DNA from: Candidatus Poribacteria bacterium
GTDB taxonomy: Bacteria; Poribacteria; WGA-4E; WGA-3G
NCBI GenBank assembly: GCA_964291315.2
Contig: OZ219752.1
Coordinates: 288,001-352,000 of the forward strand
DNA length: 64,000 bases
Direction: 5' to 3'
In this document: piece after piece, positions 21,101-28,848 of the stretch
How positions within the stretch are numbered: the first letter of the stretch is position 1
Layout of the letters: every line of letters begins with the position of its first letter
Translations under genes and position numbers: made by a program
The notes under the pieces: model-generated
Databases searched by the model: none
What the model saw: only the letters and a program-made list of their open reading frames with translations
Told to the model about the DNA's origin: nothing

Positions 21101-22051
21101 AATGCGCAGGCGGTTGTAAGGCATAGCCGACATACTGCGCCGCTTGTTGCGTGTGGCAACTCTAACGCTGGGGATGGTGCGTGTTCACAGGGAGGCCGAG
21201 CCGTCTCAGCCAATGCTCATCAGACGACTTGTTTAGCAGGTCATACATATTGGTCGTGTAATGCCCCATCGGTCCTAATGCATAGCAAACATACTGCCCC
21301 CGTGGTCTGTCCTGCGGATAGTTGGACGGATTGTGGTGGCACGGTATCACATGCGGCGACGTGTCCAGCGGGTCATTCGTATTACACGTGTAACTCATCG
21401 TCAGCGTCGACACATTCAGCACATACCGCTCCGCCGCCGCCACCCCCTCCGCCGGAGGATCCGGTTGTTTGTCCTGCGGATAGTTGGACGGATTGTGGTG
21501 GCACGGTATCGCATGCGGCGACGTGTCCAGCGGGTCATTCGTATTACACGTGTAACTCATCATCAGCGTCGACGCATTCAGCACATACCGCTCCGCCGCC
21601 GCCACCCCCTCCGCCGGAGGATCCGGTTGTTTGTCCTGCGGATAGTTGGACGGATTGTGGTGGCACGGTATCACATGCGGCGACTTGTGCGGCGGGTCAT
21701 TCGTATTATACGTGTAACTCATCGTCAGCGTCGACACATTCAGCACATACCGCTCCGCCGCCGCCACCCCCTCCGCCGGAGGATCCGGTTGTTTGTCCTG
21801 CGGATAGTTGGACGGATTGTGGTGGAAAGGTGTCACATGCGGCGACTTGTGAAGCTGGGCACGAGTATTATACATGTAACTCGTCAGCAGCTTCGGAACA
21901 TTCGGAACATACCGCTCCCGAACCGGCCTGCCCTGCAAGTAGTTGGACAGATTGTAGTGGGACCGGAACGGAGCATAAGGCGAAGTGTGGTAGAGGGCAT
22001 ACGTATTACACGTGCAATTCTTCGGCGCTTAAGAAACACTCCAAGCATTAG
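18173..22051 (+). CDS. Large secreted Cys/His-rich repeat protein (1292 aa) of unknown function
   Basis: RBS GGAGG; signal peptide (VLA|N); helical domain with a hydrophobic stretch; Cys/His-rich middle; acidic linker; 13 C4H4 modules. Confidence 0.9.
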   Translation: MNRKYTVTVFLCGLFCLHTVALVLANNEERTQSQKDAESKYAQALDGYQDAQIARGNVKIDVRALEITRGLLQKEISDEKLAAYGTVLNTAVALLTGASAATIATRTAAAIVIGKSVSDMVRTIRDALKENKKATLHKLKQGMYNLETELIERTKVVQDEAADANSELDAWKAVEPGATYDKKPLDERYIDVETMHPDYTRTLPDPPTYRSDTTETIACPACRDQVKPPYLTKIVVLSPGLIMGIEKTVKRYRGHEVTCAETRHSTGKACDGEYYSCLSPYSSASIVCPNDADHRVVGTCGELKGSRFKKHEYAKGSPGNHGKKLKTCGSIGMRWEQSDGTVTRQVCKIKVFPCAPAHGRHNWDLVSFKKLSLNLGSGSNYICANSSCSMSGSSSSGDDEDDEDDTADNTQGGSEYGMGMDVRSINGSGSPNVPHREQVARALASRAWRALHWNHSVSLGISAAPEQTTSPLKLSYEHQRVCSEGHKYWLCDASQRLGHAQLVCSRSACGQAFTQCSNHSSACVGGWHTGGAGDFSETADALAVVCGNPHRRDGACAYGGQTPSVNAHRTTCLAGHTYWSCNAQAVLTHSKHTARLVTCGNSNAGEGACSQGRQAVSLNAHQTTCLAGHTYWSCNPVAKQTHSSHTASSGEGTDAPNTVPARAPAPTPARPPTGDGACGNSNAGAGACSVGGKAPSANAHRTTCLAGHTYWSCNAQAVITHSRHTAPLVACGNSNAGAGACSQGGRVVSLNAHQVRCLAGHTYWSCNPVAKQTHSSHTASSGESASLSKISSMLLLTGDGACGNSNAGDGACSAGGRAPSANAHQIRCLAGHTYWSCNAQAVVIHSRHTAPLVACGNSNAGAGACSAGGQAVSLNAHQARCLAGHTYWSCNPLAKQTHSSHTASSGEGTDAPHLAPVAPDPKPSRAPAPTPARPPTGDVACGNSNAGAGACSAGGRAPSANAHQVRCLAGHTYWSCNAQAVVRHSRHTAPLVACGNSNAGDGACSQGGRAVSANAHQTTCLAGHTYWSCNAPSVLMHSKHTAPVVCPADSWTDCGGTVSHAATCPAGHSYYTCNSSSASTHSAHTAPPPPPPPPEDPVVCPADSWTDCGGTVSHAATCPAGHSYYTCNSSSASTHSAHTAPPPPPPPPEDPVVCPADSWTDCGGTVSHAATCAAGHSYYTCNSSSASTHSAHTAPPPPPPPPEDPVVCPADSWTDCGGKVSHAATCEAGHEYYTCNSSAASEHSEHTAPEPACPASSWTDCSGTGTEHKAKCGRGHTYYTCNSSALKKHSKH
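19808..21292 (+). repeat. Eight intragenic type-A modules C-x9-C-x11-H-x3-C-x3-H-x4-C-x7-H-x2-H, arranged as four pairs
   Basis: CLAGHTYWSCN occurs 8 times; Pro/Ala or Ser-rich linkers between pairs. Confidence 0.95.
21308..22048 (+). repeat. Five intragenic type-B modules (162-bp period, poly-Pro linkers)
   Basis: CPADSWTDC starts at 21308, 21470, 21632 and 21794, plus a divergent last copy; same H-x3-C-x3-H-x4-C-x7-H-x2-H core. Confidence 0.95.
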
Positions 22052-22064
22052 GCGATTTCTTTGA

Positions 22065-22098
22065 GAACAAAGCCTTGTTTTTCAGTAGGGCTTTGTTC
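22065..22098 (+). other. Stem-loop after the large gene (mRNA stabiliser or weak terminator)
   Basis: GAACAAAGCCTT...AGGGCTTTGTTC; no U-tract on the + strand. Confidence 0.5.
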
Positions 22099-22141
22099 AA
22101 AAGGAGGCAAAGCGAGTGCCTAATATTAAGGGGATGACGTA

Positions 22142-22846
22142 ATGTTGAGGCATCTATTATCAAACAAGCGGATTTTGGGTGTGGTTGTCTGTGCTTTAGT
22201 GCTGGTTGTTGCCGTCGTGGTGTATCAGGAAACGGTGAAACGGCAAGCTCACCGCGATATACAACGCACTGAAAAGATCGTCAAAGAGAGGCAACGTCAG
22301 GAGACCGGCTCTCAGCCCACAGAGAATGGGCACTACCATTCGGATGGCACATATCACACAGGCTCACATGAAACACCGTCTGGCATGACTGCCCCGTCAA
22401 AAGAGGTTGAGAGGAGCGGTATAGCTCCTGAGAGTGTGATATGGACAGGCAAGCCGCTGCGTGAAGTGTCAGCACCCGATCCGCTGAGTCCTGCAGAGCG
22501 CAAGGCACGCAATGCGAAAATACAAGCACTCAATACTGAGATAAAGCAACTTGTGCGCGCAACGCGGGCACACATGCACAAGTATAATGAACAAGTTGAC
22601 AAATATCCCAAAATCAGGCAAGAAATAAAGGCAATCTCGACAGAGTTGGACACTTTCCCCGCTGCAGAGGATCGCACTACGGAACAACAGACACGCTATG
22701 ACACCCTTTTAAAACGGTATTTAGAATTGGAGAACCTTGCTGACGAAGTTCTCACTATCGCAAATGAAATGCGGGAAGAGAGCCGCCAGCTTCTTGAAAA
22801 TCTCGATCCACTTGAAACGGAGCTGAGTGCGTTACGGCGCCAATAA
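22142..22846 (+). CDS. Membrane-anchored His-motif coiled-coil protein, copy 6
   Basis: 234-aa paralog. Confidence 0.9.
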   Translation: MLRHLLSNKRILGVVVCALVLVVAVVVYQETVKRQAHRDIQRTEKIVKERQRQETGSQPTENGHYHSDGTYHTGSHETPSGMTAPSKEVERSGIAPESVIWTGKPLREVSAPDPLSPAERKARNAKIQALNTEIKQLVRATRAHMHKYNEQVDKYPKIRQEIKAISTELDTFPAAEDRTTEQQTRYDTLLKRYLELENLADEVLTIANEMREESRQLLENLDPLETELSALRRQ

Positions 22847-23016
22847 GGAGGGATGTTGATGAAACACAGCCGTATTGTAGTTGAAATAATATTAGGTTTG
22901 ATGTAGTCTATACTTCAGGAACTGAAAAGTAGGAGCATAACAAAGTGTTGAAGCGTCTATTATCAAACAAGCGGATTTTGGGTGTGGTTGTCTGTGCTTT
23001 AGTGCTGGTTGTTGCC
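22256..23016 (+). repeat. 761-bp direct repeat identical to 15962-16722
   Basis: Offset 6294 bp; no mismatch found by eye. Confidence 0.9.
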
Positions 23017-23649
23017 TTCGTGGTGTATCAGGGATCAATGAAACAGCAAGCTCACCGCGATATCCGACGGACTGAAAAGAGCATCAAAGAGAGGCAACCT
23101 CGGGAGACTGGCTCTCGGTCTGCAGAGAGTGGGCACTACCATTCGGATGGGACATATCACACAGGCTCACATGAAACAACGTCTGGCACGACTGCTCCGT
23201 CAGCAGAGGGTAAGAGGAGCGGTATAGATCCTGAGCGTGTGATATGGACGGGCAAGCCGCTGCGTGAGGTGTCCGCACCCGATCCGCTGAGTCCAGCAGA
23301 GCGCAAGGCACGCAATGCGAAGATCCAAGCACTCAATACAGAGATCGAGCAACTCTGGCGCGTAATAGAGGCACAAACCGTCGAGTGGAATGAACACGTT
23401 GATAAATATCCTAAAATCAGCCGAGAAAGAAGAGCAATCTTAGCAGAGATGAACGCCCTCCCTACTGCACAGGATTGGACTGCGGAAGAACGAGCTCGCT
23501 ACAACGCACTTTCAAAAAGGTTTGAAGAATTGGACGATCTAAGTGACAAAATTTTCTCTACCTCTGATCGGATGCAGGAAGAGAATCGCCTGCTTCTTGA
23601 AAAGCGCGATGCCCTTGAAGCGGAGCTGAGTGCGTTACGGCGCCAATAA
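22945..23649 (+). CDS. Membrane-anchored His-motif coiled-coil protein, copy 7
   Basis: 234-aa paralog; the conserved spacer is absent after it. Confidence 0.9.
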   Translation: MLKRLLSNKRILGVVVCALVLVVAFVVYQGSMKQQAHRDIRRTEKSIKERQPRETGSRSAESGHYHSDGTYHTGSHETTSGTTAPSAEGKRSGIDPERVIWTGKPLREVSAPDPLSPAERKARNAKIQALNTEIEQLWRVIEAQTVEWNEHVDKYPKISRERRAILAEMNALPTAQDWTAEERARYNALSKRFEELDDLSDKIFSTSDRMQEENRLLLEKRDALEAELSALRRQ

Positions 23650-23706
23650 TAGTTGCGAACTACATCCTGATAACAACTATCTAATAACAAATTAAGGAGA
23701 ATATCC

Positions 23707-24267
23707 ATGGCTAATCAAGACTTCAATCTCACTGGTGCTATTAAAGTACGACCGGCTGAAGAAACCGATGCAGCTAATTTGCACATGTACTGCTTTCCTG
23801 AAAAAACCAAAAAGCAGGTCACTGAAGAGCTGAAAAACGATCTGAAAGCTGAAAATCAGACACACCGACTTGTTGCTGAATCGAGTGGATACCCTATTGG
23901 GCAGGTCACTGTCAAGCAAAACGTTGGTAACCCCGAGATCGCACAGGTTGGGAATCTTGCTGTTGCAGGGCCTTTTCGGCACTTCGGGGTCGCTAATTAC
24001 CTGATAGAGGCGGCTCAGGATGCTGCTGCAGCGAACGGTGTAAAATCGCTTCAAATAGAGTTATCCCCCTCCGATACGAGCGTTATTCAGCGGTATAAGG
24101 ACTGGGGGTTCTCCGAAAAACCGGTCGTTGTTCTCGAAAAGATACTCGGTGAATCAGAACCGGAGGCAGAGGAAGGAATACAGGTAGAGGCAGACGACAC
24201 CGACGAAGATGCCGAAGATGGAGCCTCAGCAGACGACGATGAACAACCCAGCCTGCTTGACTCCTAA
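23707..24267 (+). CDS. GNAT family acetyltransferase with acidic tail
   Basis: LAVAGPFRHFGVANYLI (acetyl-CoA loop) and YKDWGF. Confidence 0.85.
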   Translation: MANQDFNLTGAIKVRPAEETDAANLHMYCFPEKTKKQVTEELKNDLKAENQTHRLVAESSGYPIGQVTVKQNVGNPEIAQVGNLAVAGPFRHFGVANYLIEAAQDAAAANGVKSLQIELSPSDTSVIQRYKDWGFSEKPVVVLEKILGESEPEAEEGIQVEADDTDEDAEDGASADDDEQPSLLDS

Positions 24268-24282
24268 AAGGAGAATAGATTT

Positions 24283-25167
24283 ATGAACAGAATCTGGCTC
24301 CCGCTCCTCCTGGTCCTTTTTGTTGTCGGGTGCGGCACCCAAAACGAAAATCTTGCCAAGGGGAAGGAGTTGATTAAATCCGATAAACGCCGGAAAGAAG
24401 AACGGGCTGTTCGAGAATTTAAACTTGCACTCCAACAACCGATCGATAAGGCAGAATCACACTACCTGCTCGGACTTTACAATTCCCAGGAGTTTTACGA
24501 ACCGAATACCGCCGACCGGGAAGCGGCCTCAATCGCTGCGCGCGGGGGACACATGTTCCTTGCATATAAGGAAGAACCGCGTAAGTATCTTGAGATACTC
24601 ATTTTTGAGACGCTTCGCGATGACGATCTAGATATTCAAAACGTCGCGCTCGATGCTTTAACGCGCATATATAAAGAGGGCGATCGGAAACGACTGATCA
24701 GTCAACTTCAGAAGGCTATCAAATCCGGGGATAATCGCGATAGACACAGCGCACATTGGGTATTTGGACACCTCGGTAAGGAAGACCCCGGGGTGCTTGT
24801 CCCCATTTTGTTAGAACTGCTTGATCACGGCCGCGAAGAAACCCGCTTGAATGCCGTTAAGGCCCTTGGCGACATCGGGAGCGAAGAAGCAATTCCTGCC
24901 CTCGCTGCCCTGATTGACTCCGGCGCTGCTAGATGGAAACGCGACCGGGAGAAACCTGAAGTTCGTCAACTCGCTGTAGAAGCCCTCGGCAAAATCGGTG
25001 GTGCTGCTGTCCCAGAACTCATCAAAATTGTAGAGAATAAGGGGTCTTCGCTACGTGTCGACGCTATTCGCGCCTTAGCAACCCTCGGAGATGAAAAAGT
25101 CGTTGTGCCGCTCTTAGATGTTTTGAAAGAGCAGAGCAGCCGGGATGTGAGTATCCCCCTTAATTGA
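24283..25167 (+). CDS. HEAT-repeat lipoprotein
   Basis: Lipobox VVGC; repeats TRLNAVKALGDIG, VRQLAVEALGKIG and LRVDAIRALATLG. Confidence 0.85.
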   Translation: MNRIWLPLLLVLFVVGCGTQNENLAKGKELIKSDKRRKEERAVREFKLALQQPIDKAESHYLLGLYNSQEFYEPNTADREAASIAARGGHMFLAYKEEPRKYLEILIFETLRDDDLDIQNVALDALTRIYKEGDRKRLISQLQKAIKSGDNRDRHSAHWVFGHLGKEDPGVLVPILLELLDHGREETRLNAVKALGDIGSEEAIPALAALIDSGAARWKRDREKPEVRQLAVEALGKIGGAAVPELIKIVENKGSSLRVDAIRALATLGDEKVVVPLLDVLKEQSSRDVSIPLN

Positions 25168-25244
25168 AGGGACAGGCGTTATGGCACGCCCCGGGGCGCC
25201 TAATACCTTGATGAAACCTGCTATTCAATGGAAAGGACTGAAGT

Positions 25245-26696
25245 ATGGTAGGGAAAACAACACGCATGAAACAAATCTGCCGCTTCGCGGTTATTGTGCC
25301 CTTTTTCGCGCTTGTACTCGGACTGGTACTCGGATGTGACAACCGGTATTCCGATGAACGTTTGAAAATGGAGGTACAGCAGTTAGACAGTGACCTTATG
25401 AACCGTTGGGCAACAAGTGGTGTTATCGTTTTAAACACGACCCCCAACGGGCCGGCGAATAAGGCACAACTTGAACCTGGAGAACTGATCTCCTATGTCA
25501 TTGCGGAATATCCGGTCCAAAGCACAGACGACTTCAACAGGGCGCTCAAAAAAGCACTTGAGGGTGATAACAACCTCATTCTCTATTTGAAAGGCAAGCC
25601 ACCTATCCGTATTGCCCTTCGGAGACAAGGCGATAAGGTAGGCCTCAGCACTGAAGGAACGGGAACGGTGCGAGTCAAGGAAATTCAAGCTGGGACTCCT
25701 GCTGCAAATGCGGATATTCAGGTAGGCGATGTCGTTGAAAAAATTGTTGATGAGCGAAATATTTATGACCTTGCGGATTACAAAAAGACCTTGGGGAAAC
25801 TCTCCAAACACAAAATTACCTTCCGAACATCTGAATTAATAGGCGTGAAGATCGCTGCTGTGACGGCCCTTGGTGATTTGGGGGATGCCCGGGCGATTCA
25901 GCCGTTAATGGATCTCTTCAAAAATAGTGCAGAGTTCTCGGTTCGCAAAGCCGCCATCATCAGCCTGCAACGGCTCGTTGAATTAAGCATGCTGAACAAC
26001 CTTTTCCACGAATTTCAACGGGCGAATGTGAATCAGCTCCCCGCTGATAGTATGCATGTGAGCCAATTGGAATCTGCTGCTATCCTGGGCTTACTCACTG
26101 TTGATAGAGCCGGAAATACTGCTACACTCAAAGAGCCTTTCGGAACACAATTCAGACACAGGTCAGAAACACTCTATCGAGAAATCAACGGGGGACAGCT
26201 TGCTGAGATCGCGCAAGAATACATTCAGATGCATGTAGAGCCTGAACAAGAGATTCGGCGTGCGTGTCTCGCGATACTCGGAGTCCTCAAACCGGTTTCG
26301 GCAATTGAGGATCTCGTTGTTGTCCTCGAAAGCCCGTCAGAAATTCCCGGCATCCGTTTCCAAGCGGGACTTGCCCTCAGTCAGATTGGTGAGCCTGCTG
26401 TTGATGCGCTCATCGCGGTTTTTGAAAATAAAGATACCAGCACAAAAGATATCGCGGCTTCCGCCCTCGGCAGGATCGGTGGAACTAAGGCGCGAGATCG
26501 ATTGATTGATGAGCTTGAGACAACTCATCAACCTGCGATTCGACTAACGCTTGTTGACGCGATTTCCAAAATCGGTGATGCCCCGTCTATACGGGCACTT
26601 GAACGCCAACGTGAACGATACCAACAGAATGCTGATCCTGGCCTGCGTATCTTTCTAGATGAGGTTTTTAGAAACTTAGCCAGTGGATCCATGTAA
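25245..26696 (+). CDS. PDZ plus HEAT-repeat lipoprotein (start may be 25266)
   Basis: Lipobox-like VLGC; PNGPANKAQLEPGELI and AGTPAANADIQVGDVV (PDZ-like); HEAT repeats. Confidence 0.8.
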   Translation: MVGKTTRMKQICRFAVIVPFFALVLGLVLGCDNRYSDERLKMEVQQLDSDLMNRWATSGVIVLNTTPNGPANKAQLEPGELISYVIAEYPVQSTDDFNRALKKALEGDNNLILYLKGKPPIRIALRRQGDKVGLSTEGTGTVRVKEIQAGTPAANADIQVGDVVEKIVDERNIYDLADYKKTLGKLSKHKITFRTSELIGVKIAAVTALGDLGDARAIQPLMDLFKNSAEFSVRKAAIISLQRLVELSMLNNLFHEFQRANVNQLPADSMHVSQLESAAILGLLTVDRAGNTATLKEPFGTQFRHRSETLYREINGGQLAEIAQEYIQMHVEPEQEIRRACLAILGVLKPVSAIEDLVVVLESPSEIPGIRFQAGLALSQIGEPAVDALIAVFENKDTSTKDIAASALGRIGGTKARDRLIDELETTHQPAIRLTLVDAISKIGDAPSIRALERQRERYQQNADPGLRIFLDEVFRNLASGSM

Positions 26697-26734
26697 ACCA
26701 ATGCAGTCCTCACACAACGTGGACTGTGCTATGC

Positions 26735-27571
26735 ATGAAAATTGGACTTATTTCAGATTTACACACTGACGTTACGTCTTTCAACAAAGCGCTTATCCCG
26801 TATCTCATTGATGCAGTAAATGCAGCGGAACTGGATGTTTTGGTGATGGCGGGCGATCTTGCGCGACATCTCGTCCAACTTTCTGAAACGCTCAACCTTT
26901 TTCACCTTGCAAATTTAGCGTGTGAAAAATTGTTTGTGCCCGGAAACCATGACATTTGGGCTATTGAGACGCCCGATGTGACAAGCGAGCAGAAATGTGA
27001 CATTATTTCGAAACTCTGTTATGAGTGTGGGTTTCATCCGCTCATGCGTGAACCCTTCATCACTGAGAAGATCGCTTTCTGTGGAACTATCGGCTGGTAC
27101 GATTACAGTTTCGCCCCCGAGGGTTATACCTTCTCGGATACACAATATGCGGAAAAGGAACTCATGGGGGCTGTTTGGAATGATAAACGATACGCGAGAT
27201 GGTTGGATACCGATCGCGTTGTCGCTCAAGGTTTTGAAAATGCCCTTGAGGCGCAAATTGCTGATGTCCGAAACAGGGTAGCTTCTATCGTTGTAGTTAC
27301 CCACCATGTCCCGTTTCGTGAGTGCATCCAATACCGGGGCGAATTACCTTGGGATTTCTTCCGCGCCTTCATGGGCAGTGAAGGTCTCGGGGCTTGCTGC
27401 TTGCGAGAGCCTCGCGTCACGCACACACTTTTCGGGCATAGCCACCGCTCGGTTGATATGCAACTTCGTAACGTTCGTGCTATCTGTGCCCCTATCGGCT
27501 ACCTCTATCAAGAACCTAAGCTTGGATTGAAAGCATACGCCTCACAATGTTTGACCTGTTTCAACGTATAA
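26735..27571 (+). CDS. Calcineurin-like metallophosphoesterase
   Basis: ISDLH, AGDL, PGNHD, THHVP and GHSH. Confidence 0.92.
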   Translation: MKIGLISDLHTDVTSFNKALIPYLIDAVNAAELDVLVMAGDLARHLVQLSETLNLFHLANLACEKLFVPGNHDIWAIETPDVTSEQKCDIISKLCYECGFHPLMREPFITEKIAFCGTIGWYDYSFAPEGYTFSDTQYAEKELMGAVWNDKRYARWLDTDRVVAQGFENALEAQIADVRNRVASIVVVTHHVPFRECIQYRGELPWDFFRAFMGSEGLGACCLREPRVTHTLFGHSHRSVDMQLRNVRAICAPIGYLYQEPKLGLKAYASQCLTCFNV

Positions 27572-27601
27572 TGCAATTCCAAAGATAGAAAGGAAACCAC
27601 T

Positions 27602-27961
27602 GTGGAGATAACGCTAACTAACAGTAATGACACTGGTGCCCTCGAATTTCCATGGGGGGCAATTAAATGGCTCTGCAACGATCAAATAGACTCGAATGCT
27701 GAGATGACGTTCGGGGTTGTCTATATTAATGTTGGTGAAAGCAATCCTGTCCACTACCATCCGAACTGTGAGGAGCTCATTTATGTCCTCTCTGGTGAAT
27801 GCGATCACAGTTTGGGCGATGAGCTCATCCGTCTCAAACCTGGCATGATGTTGCGTATACCGCGGAATGTCAAACACAATGCGGTCAACATAGGCTGGCA
27901 GCCTGTGACAATGATTATCTGTTATTCGGATGCCGACAGGCAGAGCGTATTTGAGGAATAG
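27602..27961 (+). CDS. Cupin domain protein
   Basis: HYHPNCEELIYVLSG and IPRNVKH. Confidence 0.88.
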   Translation: MEITLTNSNDTGALEFPWGAIKWLCNDQIDSNAEMTFGVVYINVGESNPVHYHPNCEELIYVLSGECDHSLGDELIRLKPGMMLRIPRNVKHNAVNIGWQPVTMIICYSDADRQSVFEE

Positions 27962-28047
27962 GAGCCTTGATTTGTAGGTGGGATTTCCAAATCTCGACCT
28001 TATCCGATATACGATACGTCCATTCTCCTAAAAGGAGTTACTGTACA

Positions 28048-28737
28048 ATGTCCAAAGAATCATCTTGCAGTGTTAAGATCTGCGGTATTACCTCTATCCA
28101 TGATGCTCGACTTGCTGCTGACGCAGGTGCAAACTATATCGGTGTGTTAGTTGATGTTGCTGTATCAGAACGGACTCGTTCTGTGCTCCAAGCGTCTGAA
28201 ATCAGAAGGGCGAGCCCGATCGCTGCCGTAATTTTACTGTACAACCGCACAACAGCCGATATCCAACAGATAGTGGCACAAGTTCAACCGTTTGCTCTAC
28301 AACTCCTCGGTCAGGAGCCGCCGCAACAGGTTGCGGAACTTAAAGAGACTGTGTCGTGCCAGCTTTGGAAGTCTATTTATCTGCCTGCCGGGAGCCCCGA
28401 AAACGTAGATATGTCGGCCGTCAGAGCGGAGATGCAAACCTACCGGGACGCTGGTGCGGATTTCTTGCTCTTTGATAGCGTTGATATGAGTCTGGAGAAA
28501 CCCAGATACGGCGGTACAGGCAAAACTTGCGATTGGAATGTTGCTGCTGAACTTATTTCAGATAGTCCCCTGCCGGTATTTTTCGCGGGTGGGATTCGAC
28601 CAGAGAATGTTAAAGCTGCTATTGAGACAATCCATCCACACGGTATTGACCTCTGTTCTGGCGTTGAGGCATCAAAGGGGATCAAAGATCCACGTAAACT
28701 TGGACAACTCATGGCACAGGTTAAACAAGCGTATTAA
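28048..28737 (+). CDS. trpF: Phosphoribosylanthranilate isomerase
   Basis: VKICGIT, GGTGKTCDW, AGGIRPENV and DLCSGVE; RBS AAAGGAG before ATG 28048. Confidence 0.88.
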   Translation: MSKESSCSVKICGITSIHDARLAADAGANYIGVLVDVAVSERTRSVLQASEIRRASPIAAVILLYNRTTADIQQIVAQVQPFALQLLGQEPPQQVAELKETVSCQLWKSIYLPAGSPENVDMSAVRAEMQTYRDAGADFLLFDSVDMSLEKPRYGGTGKTCDWNVAAELISDSPLPVFFAGGIRPENVKAAIETIHPHGIDLCSGVEASKGIKDPRKLGQLMAQVKQAY

Positions 28738-28744
28738 AAAATAT

Positions 28745-28830
28745 CAGTCGCCGGTTCCCGGTTGTAGGTGAGGGGCATCCTGGTGGAACGCCCGCTTAAC
28801 CGGCAGCTGATGACAGATGATTGGTAACCA
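28745..28830. repeat. Degenerate heptamer-based palindromic intergenic element
   Basis: CAGTCGC CGGTTCC CGGTTGT ... CCGGCAG CTGATGA CAGATGA TTGGTAA; similar relics near 1214-1262, 13728-13775, 31113-31242 and 44850-44878. Confidence 0.45.
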
Positions 28831-28848
28831 TGTAAAAAGGAGCCTATT

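Noticed and set aside
19808-22048. CRISPR array or multiheme cytochrome
   Set aside because: The repeats are in-frame coding units without unique spacers, there are no cas genes, and there are no CxxCH motifs.
21162-22064. Alternative-frame ORFs (243-aa Arg-rich on +, 258-aa on -)
   Set aside because: These are shadows of the 162-bp repeats. Variation between repeats is synonymous in the 1292-aa frame.
14271-23397. Recurring 60-126 aa antisense ORFs in each array unit
   Set aside because: They recur only because the sense genes are duplicated. Lengths are inconsistent and there is no independent support.
14238-23649. Diversity-generating retroelement or shufflon explanation for the variable paralogs
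   Set aside because: No reverse transcriptase or invertase in the window. Differences are not restricted to adenines (e.g. GGC/CGC, TGT/TGG), and all copies are co-oriented.
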